A DNA stretch of 64,000 bases, taken from an uncultured Spirochaetota bacterium. GTDB lineage: Bacteria; Spirochaetota; Spirochaetia; SZUA-6; Fen-1364. The first letter of the stretch is position 1. The number at the start of each line of letters is the position of its first letter. This document shows, one piece after another, positions 28,502 to 37,528 of this stretch. Under the pieces are notes generated by a model. The model was not told the DNA's origin. It made no database searches and worked only from the letters and a program-made list of their open reading frames with translations. The stretch covers positions 160,001-224,000 of the forward strand of contig CAWAHW010000007.1 in the NCBI GenBank assembly GCA_963781885.1, given 5' to 3'. The position numbers were made by a program, and so were the translations under genes.

Positions 28502-29519
28502 TCAGTATTTCACCCGCGGGTCGATGGCGGCGTAGAGCAGGTCCACGAGGAGCGACACCGCGCTCACGAAGAGTGTGTAGACGATGATCACCCCCTGGAT
28601 GACCGGATAGTCCCTTAAGTAGATGCGCTCCAGGAGCAGCCGGCCCATGCCGGGCCAGGAGAAGGTGCTCTCCGTGAGGATGGCGCCGGCCAGGAGCAGG
28701 GCGAACTGGAGCCCCAGCATGGTCACGATCGGGATGAGCGCGTTGCGCAGCCCGTGATTATAGACGACGCGCCGCTCGGGAATGCCGCGGGCGCGCGCGG
28801 CCAGGATGTAGTCGCTCTTCAGCACATCGAGCATGTTCGCGCGCGTCAGACGCACGAAGATGCCCGAGAGCACGATGCCCAGCGTCACCGCCGGGAGCAC
28901 CAGGTGCCACATCACGTCGCCGAACGCGGCGAAGCTCCCGATGCGCAGCGTGTCGATGATGTAGAAGCCCGTGTGCGAAAACGTGGAGACGTCGACCCGC
29001 GGGCTCGTCCGTCCCGATACCGGGAAACCAGCTCAGGAACACGCCGAAGATGAGCTGCAGGAGCAGGCCCATCCAGAAAACCGGGATGCAGTAGACCACG
29101 TTTGCATACAAACGGATGCTGAAGTCGCGTCCCGTGCGGCGCCGGCGCGCGGCATAGGCGCCCAGCGGGATGCCGATCCCCAGGCTCACGAGCAGCCCGA
29201 AAACGGTCAGCTCGATCGTGGCGGGGAGCTTGTCCCTGATGGGAGAGATCACCTCTTCATTGTAGATCATCGACTTGCCGAGGTCGAAATGGGCGAGCTG
29301 GCCGAGGAATTCGATGTACTGCCTGCCGATGGGCTTGTTGAGCCCCAGCTCCTGCTTCTTCTGGTCGATGACCCTCTGCGGCGCGTGGCCGCCGAGCATT
29401 GCGCTCACGGGATCGCCCGGCATGACGCGGAGTACCACGAAGATCAGGGTCACCATGATAAACACCATCGGGATGGTGAGGAGGATTCGCGTGAACAGGT
29501 AATTCAGAAGATGACGCAT
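28502..29519 (-). pseudogene. Peptide ABC permease (DppB-like) with a +1 frameshift near 29023 (probably a sequencing error)
   Basis: PGDP..GL.KP..QY..DLGKS in 28758..29519. One extra base at WFP|VSGR joins it to HLVLPAVTL..ARARG..WPGMG in 28502..28915. Confidence 0.88.
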
Positions 29520-29530
29520 TGTTACCGTGA

Positions 29531-29568
29531 CAAAAAAAGGCCGGAATCCCCGAGAGGAGACCCGGCCT
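29531..29568 (-). terminator. Intrinsic terminator/attenuator between the substrate-binding gene and the permease
   Basis: Minus strand AGGCCGG...CCGGCCT followed by a T-run. Confidence 0.7.
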
Positions 29569-29580
29569 CTCAGTCTTTCC

Positions 29581-31128
29581 TTATTTCGTGAAACTCACCT
29601 GATCATAGTTGAAAATCAGGGTTGCGCCAACCTTGATACCGGTCACGTTCTTCTTGGAGAAGATGAACAGGTTGCCCTGGAAAATGGGCACCGTCATGCA
29701 CTCGTCGGTCCACATCTTCTGGATCTTGGCGAAAACCGCATTGCGCGCGGCTTCCGTCGTGGCCGACTGCTCCTGCACGAACAGGTCATCCCATGTCTTG
29801 CTGCTGAAGAAGATTCCCATGCCCTTCGCGCCTTCGGTCTGGGCGAATGGGGAAACGTAGTCGTCCGAGTCGATATAGTCGGGATACCAGCCGAGGAGGA
29901 ACGCCCCCATCTGCTTCTGGTCCCACTGCTGCTTGTACGTGGCCCACTCGGCGGACTTCAGGGTGACCTTCACGAGCGGGGTCAGCTCCATCTGCGCCTT
30001 GAGGACTTCCGCCATGTTCACTTCCGTGTCGCCGTAGTGGCTCGGGGTGTACCAGAGGTCGAAGGCGAAAGGCTTGTCCTTTGTGTAGCCGAGGCCGGTG
30101 AGGATCTTCTCCGCCGCCTTCACATTGCCGTCACCCCACACGGTCTTGAAGTCCTCCGTATGATAGGGCATCCCCTTGGGGACCATGGAGTACAGGGGCG
30201 AGTTCTCCCCGAGGTAGACCTTCTGGTTAATTTCCGGCCTGTTGATGAGGGCGCCCACCGCCTGGCGGAGCGCCTTGTCCTTGAACACGCTCTCCGAGGT
30301 CTCGAACACGAGGTAGCGGATCTGCTGCCCGGGGATCGGGTAGTTGACGAGATTCTTGTTTTTCTGAAGATCGAGAACATCGGAGGGAAGCATGGACTTG
30401 AATGTAACGTCCACCTCACCCTTCTCCAGGGCGAGTCTCATCGTGGTGGCATCCGCGAAGTAGCGGATGATGATCTTCTTGATGTTCGGCTCCTTGCCCC
30501 AGTAGTTCGGGTTGGCCTCGAAGACGGCCTGCTCGTCCCTCTTGAACGAGGTCAGGCGGTACGGCCCGAGCGCGACGATCTCTCCGCCGTTCAGCTCGTC
30601 CACGTCGTTGACGATCTTGTCGGCGGGATAGACGTTCGGATCCATGGGGAAGTACGTGGGCGTGGCCACGAGGGCCGGGAAGTAGGAAACGGGGCCCTTG
30701 AGGTTGAACCTCACCGTGTTGTCATCCACGACATCGACGGAGTTGACGTACTGGGTGACGAGCGCGGCCGGGTCACCATTGAGCTTGATGACGCGGTCGA
30801 TGCTCCACTTCACCGCCTGTGCGTTGAACGCATCGCCGTTGGAGAACTTCACGCCCTTGCGGAGATAGAAAGTGTACACATCGCCCTTGGCGTTCACCGT
30901 GTACTTTGTGGCAAGACCCGGCACGATGGTGCTTGTCCCCGGGGTGTACATCAGCAGACCCTGGCTGACGTTCTGGAAGATCTCCCAGGTGTGCATGTCG
31001 TAGGCGTCTGCCGGGTCCATCTTGGTGACCTTGTCCGTGGTCCCATAGACGAGTGTCGTCTGGGCCCAGGTCGCCGAGACGGAAAAGGCCAGTCCGACGA
31101 TCAGCAGAAGAACGAACAGTCTCTTCAT
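29581..31128 (-). CDS. Peptide/nickel ABC substrate-binding protein (family 5)
   Basis: Signal peptide, PGLA..Y, YTFYLRKGVKFSNG, GPY, NPNYWG, GWYPDY.D. Confidence 0.93.
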   Translation of the reverse strand: MKRLFVLLLIVGLAFSVSATWAQTTLVYGTTDKVTKMDPADAYDMHTWEIFQNVSQGLLMYTPGTSTIVPGLATKYTVNAKGDVYTFYLRKGVKFSNGDAFNAQAVKWSIDRVIKLNGDPAALVTQYVNSVDVVDDNTVRFNLKGPVSYFPALVATPTYFPMDPNVYPADKIVNDVDELNGGEIVALGPYRLTSFKRDEQAVFEANPNYWGKEPNIKKIIIRYFADATTMRLALEKGEVDVTFKSMLPSDVLDLQKNKNLVNYPIPGQQIRYLVFETSESVFKDKALRQAVGALINRPEINQKVYLGENSPLYSMVPKGMPYHTEDFKTVWGDGNVKAAEKILTGLGYTKDKPFAFDLWYTPSHYGDTEVNMAEVLKAQMELTPLVKVTLKSAEWATYKQQWDQKQMGAFLLGWYPDYIDSDDYVSPFAQTEGAKGMGIFFSSKTWDDLFVQEQSATTEAARNAVFAKIQKMWTDECMTVPIFQGNLFIFSKKNVTGIKVGATLIFNYDQVSFTK

Positions 31129-31159
31129 AAACTCTCCTTTCGTGCAAAAATATCATACC

Positions 31160-31188
31160 AAGATACGGGCCACCGTTGGTGCTGTCAA
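31160..31188 (-). promoter_or_regulatory. Sigma-70 promoter of the ABC operon
   Basis: TTGACA (31188-31183), 17 bp, TATCTT (31165-31160). Confidence 0.65.
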
Positions 31189-31254
31189 GGGAGCGGGCTG
31201 TCGGAAGCGCTTGTGGGGGCGGGAATCGCCCGCAAAAAGCGGGTGCGGGCGGGC

Positions 31255-31286
31255 AAAAAAAAGCCCTCCGTCTGCGCGGAGGGCTT
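31255..31286 (-). terminator. Rho-independent terminator after the ferritin gene
   Basis: AAGCCCTCCG-loop-CGGAGGGCTT followed by a T-run on the minus strand. Confidence 0.85.
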
Positions 31287-31301
31287 CCGTCCGAAGAGGC
31301 T

Positions 31302-31787
31302 CTACTCCCTCTTGCGGAGCTGGTGATCGAGCTGGAAGATACCGGCGGAATTGACCGGTATCTTTTTCAGGAGATCGAGGATCCGCGACGCGTTCTTCTC
31401 TTCTTCCACCTGCTCGGTGATGAACCACTGGATGAACACCTTTGTCGGGTGATCGTTCACCTTGTCGGCCATGTCGGCGATGCCGTCGATCAGGGCCGTC
31501 ACCTTCTGTTCGTGCTCCAGGCTCTTCTCGAAGACCTCGACTGCCGATGCGAACTCCGCGGGCGGCTGCGCGATGGACTGGAGCACCACCTTCACGCCCC
31601 TGTCGATGAGGAACTCGAACATCTTCTTGCCGTGCTCCTGTTCTTCACCGGCCTGCTTGTACATCCAATGGGCGAACCCCTCGAGATTGATGGATTCAAA
31701 GTACGCGGCCATGGAAAGGTACATGTACGCCGAGTACCATTCGTTCTTGATCTGGTCCTGGATGAGCTTCTCCAGCTGCTTCTCCAC
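31302..31787 (-). CDS. ftn: Non-heme ferritin
   Basis: E.YSAY.YLSM, EEQEH, EHE, QWFITEQVEEE ferroxidase residues. GTG start with AGGAGG RBS. Confidence 0.93.
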   Translation of the reverse strand: MEKQLEKLIQDQIKNEWYSAYMYLSMAAYFESINLEGFAHWMYKQAGEEQEHGKKMFEFLIDRGVKVVLQSIAQPPAEFASAVEVFEKSLEHEQKVTALIDGIADMADKVNDHPTKVFIQWFITEQVEEEKNASRILDLLKKIPVNSAGIFQLDHQLRKRE

Positions 31788-31806
31788 GCGATCCTCCTTG
31801 TTCGGT

Positions 31807-32202
31807 CTACCGGATGGAGAGCTTCCGCGCGCTCTCCCACAGTCCGTGTATGTTGCAATACGAAGAGGCCATAATGGTCCCGGGCTTGTCCGTCTTGAAC
31901 GAGCACTGGACGCTCGGGTTGGCGTAGACGGTGCTCGTGTCCGGCCCGTCGGGCGATTCGCCGTGCGCGGTGAAATCGAATCGTCCAACCTGGAAGGGGA
32001 ACTTGCCGCCGTCGGGCTGGAAGTACACCTCGATCCAGCGGATGTGGTGCGGCGTCGTGTTGGGATGCGGTATCTCCTTGCCGACGCTCACCGCGACCTG
32101 CACGGGCTCCCCCTTGGCGACCGTTTCCGGCGCCTCTATTGCGGGCGCGTGCTTTTCCTTTTTCCAATCCGCCTCTTGATACAAATCTTTCAATGACGAC
32201 AT
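31807..32202 (-). CDS. Superoxide reductase (neelaredoxin, 1Fe-SOR)
   Basis: EKH.P, HPNT..HHI.WI, CNIHGLW. Confidence 0.92.
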   Translation of the reverse strand: MSSLKDLYQEADWKKEKHAPAIEAPETVAKGEPVQVAVSVGKEIPHPNTTPHHIRWIEVYFQPDGGKFPFQVGRFDFTAHGESPDGPDTSTVYANPSVQCSFKTDKPGTIMASSYCNIHGLWESARKLSIR

Positions 32203-32223
32203 TCCGTTCCTCCCTTATCCGTT

Positions 32224-32448
32224 TTATGCGCCGATGACTTCACTCACCCCCGGCACTTTCTGCTTCAGTTGTTTCTCTATTCCCATCTTCAACGTCTGCA
32301 CGCCCATGGGGCAGCCATGGCATGCGCCGGTGAGCTTCACCTTCACGACGCCCGCCTCTGAAACATCCACGAGCTCCACGTCGCCGCCGTCCGCCTGGAG
32401 GGCGGGCCGGATCTCATTGAGCGCGGTCTGCACCGATTCCTTCAACAT
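32224..32448 (-). CDS. NifU/NfuA C-terminal domain protein
   Basis: IRPALQADGGDVELV..L.GACHGCP. Confidence 0.92.
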   Translation of the reverse strand: MLKESVQTALNEIRPALQADGGDVELVDVSEAGVVKVKLTGACHGCPMGVQTLKMGIEKQLKQKVPGVSEVIGA

Positions 32449-32575
32449 GATCGACTCCTGGTATGGTCTTGAAAGGTGCGCCCCTCCACGGGCGATCCGC
32501 GGGGCGGCACATATCGAAGGTAGCAAAAACCGGGGCGGAAGTAAACAATCGCCGGGAAGCGCGGCCCCGCTTGCC

Positions 32576-32603
32576 TTGATATCGGCCGTCCTCTCTCTAT
32601 AAT
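32576..32603 (+). promoter_or_regulatory. murA promoter, predicted leaderless transcript
   Basis: TTGATA (32576-81), 16 bp, TATAAT (32598-603). ATG follows after 7 nt with no SD. Confidence 0.65.
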
Positions 32604-32610
32604 ACTGGCC

Positions 32611-33903
32611 ATGCAGCAATCACAGTACGTCATCGAAGGCGGTTTCCCCCTCAAGGGCAGGATCCGGGCCAGCGGCAACAAGAACTCCGCGCTCCCCTGC
32701 CTTGCCGCCACGCTGCTCACCGACGAGCCCGTGGTCCTGCGCAATCTCCCCGAGATCGAGGACGTGCACGTGATGATCGAGATTCTCAAGGTGCTCGGAA
32801 GCTCCGTGCAGAAGCTCGGGCACAACGAGTACCGGTTTCACACCCTGGACATCAAGAGGGAGGAGATTCCTCCCCACCTCGCGCAGAAGATCAGGTCCTC
32901 CATCCTTTTCGCCGGTCCGATGCTCGCGCGCAAGGGGCGCGTCCTTCTGCCTTCCCCGGGGGGCGACTCGATCGGCCGGCGTCCGCTCGACACGCATTTC
33001 CTCGCCCTCATGGAGCTGGGGGCCCGGGTGGAGACGGGCAGCTTCTTCATCCTGTCCACGAACAAGCTCAAGGGGGCCGCCCTTTTCCTGGAAGAGGCGT
33101 CGGTGACGGCAACGGAGAACGCGATCATGGCGGCCGTGCTCGCCGAAGGGAGCACCGTCATCGAGAATGCTGCCTCGGAGCCGCACGTGCAGGACCTCTG
33201 CCGGATGCTCGTCGCCATGGGCGCGCGCATCGGCGGGATCGGCACGAATGTTCTCTCCATCGACGGTGTGGCGAAGCTCGCGGGCGCTGACGTGCGCATC
33301 GGCAGCGACTACATGGAGGTCGGCTCGCTCATCGGCCTTGCCGCCGCCACCCGGGGGGAGATCGAGATCGAAGACGCCTCACCGCGTAACCTGCGCATGA
33401 CGCGCATCGCTTTTGCGAAGCTGGGCATCTCCTGGGAGACCTCCGGCGAATCCATCCGCATCCCCGGCTCCCAGGCGTTGAAGGTCGTTCCCATGATGGG
33501 CGGGCAGATCCCGAAGATCGACGACGCCCCCTGGCCGGGTTTTCCCGCCGACCTCACGAGCATCGCGCTCGTGGCGGCGACGCAGGCGGAAGGGGTGGTG
33601 CTCATCCACGAGAAGATGTTCGAGTCGCGCATGTTCTACGTCGACAAGCTCATCGCCATGGGCGCGAAGATCATCCTCTGCGACCCGCACCGCGCCGTGG
33701 TCACCGGCCCGGCCCGTCTTGCCGGCTCCGAGCTCGTGTCCCCCGACGTGCGCGCCGGCATGGCGATGCTGATCGCCGCCATGGCCGCGCAGGGCCGAAG
33801 CACCATCCAGAACGTCTACCAGATCGAGCGCGGCTATGAGAATCTCACGCAGCGGCTCCAGTCGCTCGGCGCGCATATCGGGAGGAACGACGAATGCCCC
33901 TGA
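32611..33903 (+). CDS. murA: UDP-N-acetylglucosamine 1-carboxyvinyltransferase (Asp-type)
   Basis: SGNKNSALP, PGGDSIGRRP, SVTATEN, PWPGFPAD, PDVRAG, IERGYE. Confidence 0.96.
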   Translation: MQQSQYVIEGGFPLKGRIRASGNKNSALPCLAATLLTDEPVVLRNLPEIEDVHVMIEILKVLGSSVQKLGHNEYRFHTLDIKREEIPPHLAQKIRSSILFAGPMLARKGRVLLPSPGGDSIGRRPLDTHFLALMELGARVETGSFFILSTNKLKGAALFLEEASVTATENAIMAAVLAEGSTVIENAASEPHVQDLCRMLVAMGARIGGIGTNVLSIDGVAKLAGADVRIGSDYMEVGSLIGLAAATRGEIEIEDASPRNLRMTRIAFAKLGISWETSGESIRIPGSQALKVVPMMGGQIPKIDDAPWPGFPADLTSIALVAATQAEGVVLIHEKMFESRMFYVDKLIAMGAKIILCDPHRAVVTGPARLAGSELVSPDVRAGMAMLIAAMAAQGRSTIQNVYQIERGYENLTQRLQSLGAHIGRNDECP

Positions 33904-34688
33904 CGATACCCTTCTGGCACATCGATGCATTCACCGGCGAGCCTTTTTGCGGTAACCCCGCGGGCGTCTGCCTGCTGGATGCCTGGCTTGCCCCCGCGCA
34001 GATGCAGCGCATCGCCGCGGAAAACAACCTGCCGGAGACGGCGTTCCTCGTTCGTCAGGGAAAGGGATTCGACGTGCGGTGGTTTACCCCCGCCGTGGAG
34101 ATCGACCTCTGCGGGCATGCGACCCTTGCCGCCGCGCACGTGCTCTTCCAGCACAGGCAATGGCCGGGCGCTGCCATCGAGTTTTCCTCCCAGAGCGGGC
34201 CGCTCCTGGTGGAGCGCCGCGGCGACACGCTCGTCCTGGACTTCCCGTCGCGCCCTGCCCTGCCGCGGGAGCCGTCCCCGGCGCTCCACCGCGGGCTGGG
34301 CGGCAACCCGATCCAGGTCCTGGGCGCGCGCGACTACCTCGTGGTTTTTGCCAGTGAGAAGGAGGTACGCGCGCTCGCACCCGACATGGCGGAGCTTTCA
34401 CGCATCGACCTGATGGGCGTCATCGCCACGGCGCCCGCGGCCGACCCGGTGCGGGCGGATTTCGTCTCCCGGTTTTTCGCTCCCGGCGTGGGCATACCGG
34501 AGGACCCCGTCACGGGCTCATCGCACTGCACGCTCATTCCCTTCTGGTCGCGCAGGCTGTCGAAGAAGAGCCTCCACGCCTTCCAGGTCTCGGCGCGCGG
34601 CGGGGAGCTTTTCTGCGAGGATGCCGGCGCGCGGGTGAAGATCGGGGGCAGGGCCGTCACCTACGCGGCAGGGACCATCACGGCGTGA
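33894..34688 (+). CDS. PhzF-family isomerase/epimerase
   Basis: DAFT..F.GNPA, NLPETAF, EIDLCGHATLA, EDPVTGS.H. Confidence 0.92.
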   Translation: MPLTIPFWHIDAFTGEPFCGNPAGVCLLDAWLAPAQMQRIAAENNLPETAFLVRQGKGFDVRWFTPAVEIDLCGHATLAAAHVLFQHRQWPGAAIEFSSQSGPLLVERRGDTLVLDFPSRPALPREPSPALHRGLGGNPIQVLGARDYLVVFASEKEVRALAPDMAELSRIDLMGVIATAPAADPVRADFVSRFFAPGVGIPEDPVTGSSHCTLIPFWSRRLSKKSLHAFQVSARGGELFCEDAGARVKIGGRAVTYAAGTITA

Positions 34689-35479
34689 GAGGAGGGCGCG
34701 TCCGTCTCATCGTCTGGAACCCGGCAGAGGAGGCCGCGCGCGCGGCGCTCCTGGAAGAATCGGGGTGGACAGTGGACCCCCCGCTGCCGGCCGGCCCGGC
34801 GCTCCTGCGCGACATCCGCCGGTCTCCGCCGGATGCAATCGTCATCGACCTTGGCAGGCTCCCCACGCAGGGGCGCGACCTCGCGCTGTCGCTCCGTCAT
34901 GCGCGCGCCTCACGCGCAATCCCCCTTGTCTTCATCGAAGGGGACCCCGGGAAGACGGCCGCCGTCCGCGGGCATCTCCCCGATGCGCTGTACGTCGGGT
35001 GGCCCGGGATCTCTGGCGCGCTGGCGTCCGCGCTCGAAAACCCTCCGGCGAATCCCATTGCTCCCGCCTCCGTCTTTGCCGGATACTCCGGCACGCCGCT
35101 GCCCCGGAAGCTCGGCATTCGTCCCGGCATGACGGTGGCGCTGGTCGACGCGCCGGATGACTTTGCCGCCACCCTGGGTGCGCTTCCGGACAAGGTCACG
35201 CTCAGGGCCGGCGCGCGGGGCAGGGCGGACCTCGTCATCTGGTTCGTGCGGACCGAGACGAAGCTGACACGCGACGTCGCGCGAATGGCGCGCTTCATGG
35301 GCGACGGCCGTCTCTGGATCGCGTGGCGCAAGAGGGCCGCGCGGGAAGGCACAGGGGGTCCCGCGGAGGTGATGGTGCGCGCCGCGGGTCTTCACAATGG
35401 GCTTGTGGACTACAAGATCTGCGCCATCGACCGGACCTGGTCGGGGCTCCTTTTTGCCCGACGCCGGAGTGTTCGTTGA
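34685..35479 (+). CDS. Receiver-like N-terminal domain fused to a DUF3052-like domain
   Basis: PDAIVIDL..LP..G, then AGYSGTPL.RKLGI, LWIAW.K, GLVDYKICAID.TWSGL.F. Confidence 0.65.
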   Translation: MRGGRVRLIVWNPAEEAARAALLEESGWTVDPPLPAGPALLRDIRRSPPDAIVIDLGRLPTQGRDLALSLRHARASRAIPLVFIEGDPGKTAAVRGHLPDALYVGWPGISGALASALENPPANPIAPASVFAGYSGTPLPRKLGIRPGMTVALVDAPDDFAATLGALPDKVTLRAGARGRADLVIWFVRTETKLTRDVARMARFMGDGRLWIAWRKRAAREGTGGPAEVMVRAAGLHNGLVDYKICAIDRTWSGLLFARRRSVR

Positions 35480-35553
35480 ATTGCAATTTCCCCGTTCGGG
35501 GGGATATGATTGTGCATAGGGAAAAAATTCCGCATCGTGCGGAGGAGGGAATC

Positions 35554-36126
35554 ATGAAGAAAAGGCGTCTTATCGTATTCGTTGCGCTGGCCGTCATGCT
35601 CGCGGGGGCCGTACATGCAGGAGCGCAGCTGCGGCTGGACATCGACATCAACGATCCGGTCTATTTCGGTTATACGGCAAGCGGGTCGTCGCAGGGAGCC
35701 TGGAACCCGTATCCGTACATCCCCATTCCCGACGCCAAGCTGATGTACCAGTTCTCCTTGGGACCGGTCAACTTGGGCGCGGGCGTTCGCGTGTTCAGCC
35801 TCATCATCGAAAACTTCCTTTACCCCGAGCTCTACGCCGAGCTGAATCTGGGGCCGGTGGCCATCAACGCGAGCGTCGGGGGTTTGGCATTCCTGGAATT
35901 CGGGCTCCTGAGCACCGCCCTTGCCGAAGCGGGCATCAGCAATCTCAACGGCTTCCAGAGCGTGATACTCCCGGACCTGAGCGTTTCGTTCAAGCTGACC
36001 AATGTCTTCCGCCTGGGCGGCGGCGTGCTCATGATCGCCCCGCTGGGAAACAATCTCGGGGGTGTGCTGGGAGACAATGTTTTTGCCGGCTACATCAAGG
36101 CGACATTCGTCGTCGTGTTCAAGTAA
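35554..36126 (+). CDS. Exported, probable outer-membrane beta-barrel protein
   Basis: GGAGG RBS, signal peptide, amphipathic strands, C-terminal YIKATFVVVFK. Confidence 0.7.
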   Translation: MKKRRLIVFVALAVMLAGAVHAGAQLRLDIDINDPVYFGYTASGSSQGAWNPYPYIPIPDAKLMYQFSLGPVNLGAGVRVFSLIIENFLYPELYAELNLGPVAINASVGGLAFLEFGLLSTALAEAGISNLNGFQSVILPDLSVSFKLTNVFRLGGGVLMIAPLGNNLGGVLGDNVFAGYIKATFVVVFK

Positions 36127-36145
36127 GCCGACCGATTGATCGATG

Positions 36146-36176
36146 GGAGGGCCGGCCCCGCAGGTGCCGGCCTTCC
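36146..36176. terminator. GC hairpin between convergent genes
   Basis: GGAGGGCCGGC...GCCGGCCTTCC stem, no U-tract. Confidence 0.4.
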
Positions 36177-36177
36177 G

Positions 36178-36960
36178 TCAGAATCCCCGTTCCCTGCGGA
36201 TCTCGTCGTACGCTTCCTGGATGGTCTTGAACTTCTCCTCGGCGACCCGCACGAACGCAGGGCCGAGATTCGCCACCTTGTCCGGATGATTCTGGAGCGA
36301 GAGCTGGCGGTAGGCGCTCTTGATCTCCTCCACCGTCGCCTCCGGGCCGAGACCCAGGATTTCCCATGCGCGTCCGGACTCGCGAACGAACTCGGCGCGC
36401 ACCTGGCGGAAGGCCTGCTCGGTGAGACCGAGCATCAGCGCGATGCGCCGGATGAGCTCCTCTTCAGCGCGGCTCACACCCACGGCGTCCGCGCGCGCGG
36501 TCTGGAAGAGCAGCCGGAGCAGCAGCACCCGGCCTTCCGGGGTGGAGACCGCCGCATAGTACGCGCACAATCCCTGGACGTCGATGCGGGCGCGGTTGAC
36601 GTAGAGCTCGTCGATGAGGCGCTGGATGAGCTCCTGGTCCACGGCCGGGAACGTGAAGTTCTGGCCGAAGAATCCCTTCAACGCCTCCACGTGCGTGCTC
36701 CTCACCGGACCGTCGGCCTCGGCCACCGAGAGGGAAAGCCCGATGAGACATGTGAGGAAATTGATCTGCGCCTGGGAGACGGGATCGGGGCGCCACCCAT
36801 CGGCCGCGGATGCGAAGCGCCGCGTCGATGCGGGACCGAGGAACTGCCGCTCCTCCGCTGCCTTGTCGAAAAGGTGGCCGATGAAGCCGCCCAGGAGAGT
36901 GCCCAGAGGGCCGGCGACCGACCCGATCAGGGCCCCCAGAAGCTTGCCCGTGATCGCCAT
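36178..36960 (-). CDS. djlA: DjlA-like co-chaperone (TM, TerB-like domain, J domain)
   Basis: GKLLG..G...G...GH.FD, ADG, C-terminal J domain AW..LGL..EIK.AYR.L...HPDK. Confidence 0.85.
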   Translation of the reverse strand: MAITGKLLGALIGSVAGPLGTLLGGFIGHLFDKAAEERQFLGPASTRRFASAADGWRPDPVSQAQINFLTCLIGLSLSVAEADGPVRSTHVEALKGFFGQNFTFPAVDQELIQRLIDELYVNRARIDVQGLCAYYAAVSTPEGRVLLLRLLFQTARADAVGVSRAEEELIRRIALMLGLTEQAFRQVRAEFVRESGRAWEILGLGPEATVEEIKSAYRQLSLQNHPDKVANLGPAFVRVAEEKFKTIQEAYDEIRRERGF

Positions 36961-36961
36961 T

Positions 36962-37450
36962 CTATGCCAGCCCGACCAGCTCCCGCAGCTTTGCCGTGAG
37001 CGTCATGCCGCCGTCCAGCACGATTTCCCTGAACTCTGTATGCTCCTTCAGCTCCGCCGCGAGCCGGTCGAGGTGCTCGAACTCGTCGGTCAGCGCGAAC
37101 ATCTTGTCGTCCTGCTCGTTGTAGACGAAAAGCCGCCGCTCTTTCGTTCGCAGCCGGCCCTTGTCGTCCTGCTCGACCGCCATGCCCGCGAGCCGGATCC
37201 TTTCCCACGGGAAGGCGAGCTTCTCATCCCCGTGCATGACGAAGAGGATCTCGTCGGTGAGTGTTTCCACCTTCGAGGCGAGCTGTCGCCGCGCGAGCCT
37301 CAGGATCGACCAGGAAACAAAGGCGGCCGCCGCAAGTGCAACCAGGCCGAAGAGGAGGCCCAGAAGGAAGATGGCGCCGACGCCCGCGCCAAGGAGGACG
37401 GGGATGAAGAGATAGACCACGAGGAGGCGCGGATTGGAACGGAGCGTCAT
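36962..37450 (-). CDS. Hypothetical 2-TM membrane protein
   Basis: Two hydrophobic helices followed by a soluble domain, ends 1 nt before djlA. Confidence 0.7.
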   Translation of the reverse strand: MTLRSNPRLLVVYLFIPVLLGAGVGAIFLLGLLFGLVALAAAAFVSWSILRLARRQLASKVETLTDEILFVMHGDEKLAFPWERIRLAGMAVEQDDKGRLRTKERRLFVYNEQDDKMFALTDEFEHLDRLAAELKEHTEFREIVLDGGMTLTAKLRELVGLA

Positions 37451-37528
37451 GCGGTAGACCACGACGGAACACAGTACGGGCGCACGGCGCCGCATGTCAA
37501 GAAACCGCTGCAAGGGCAGCGGAAGGCC

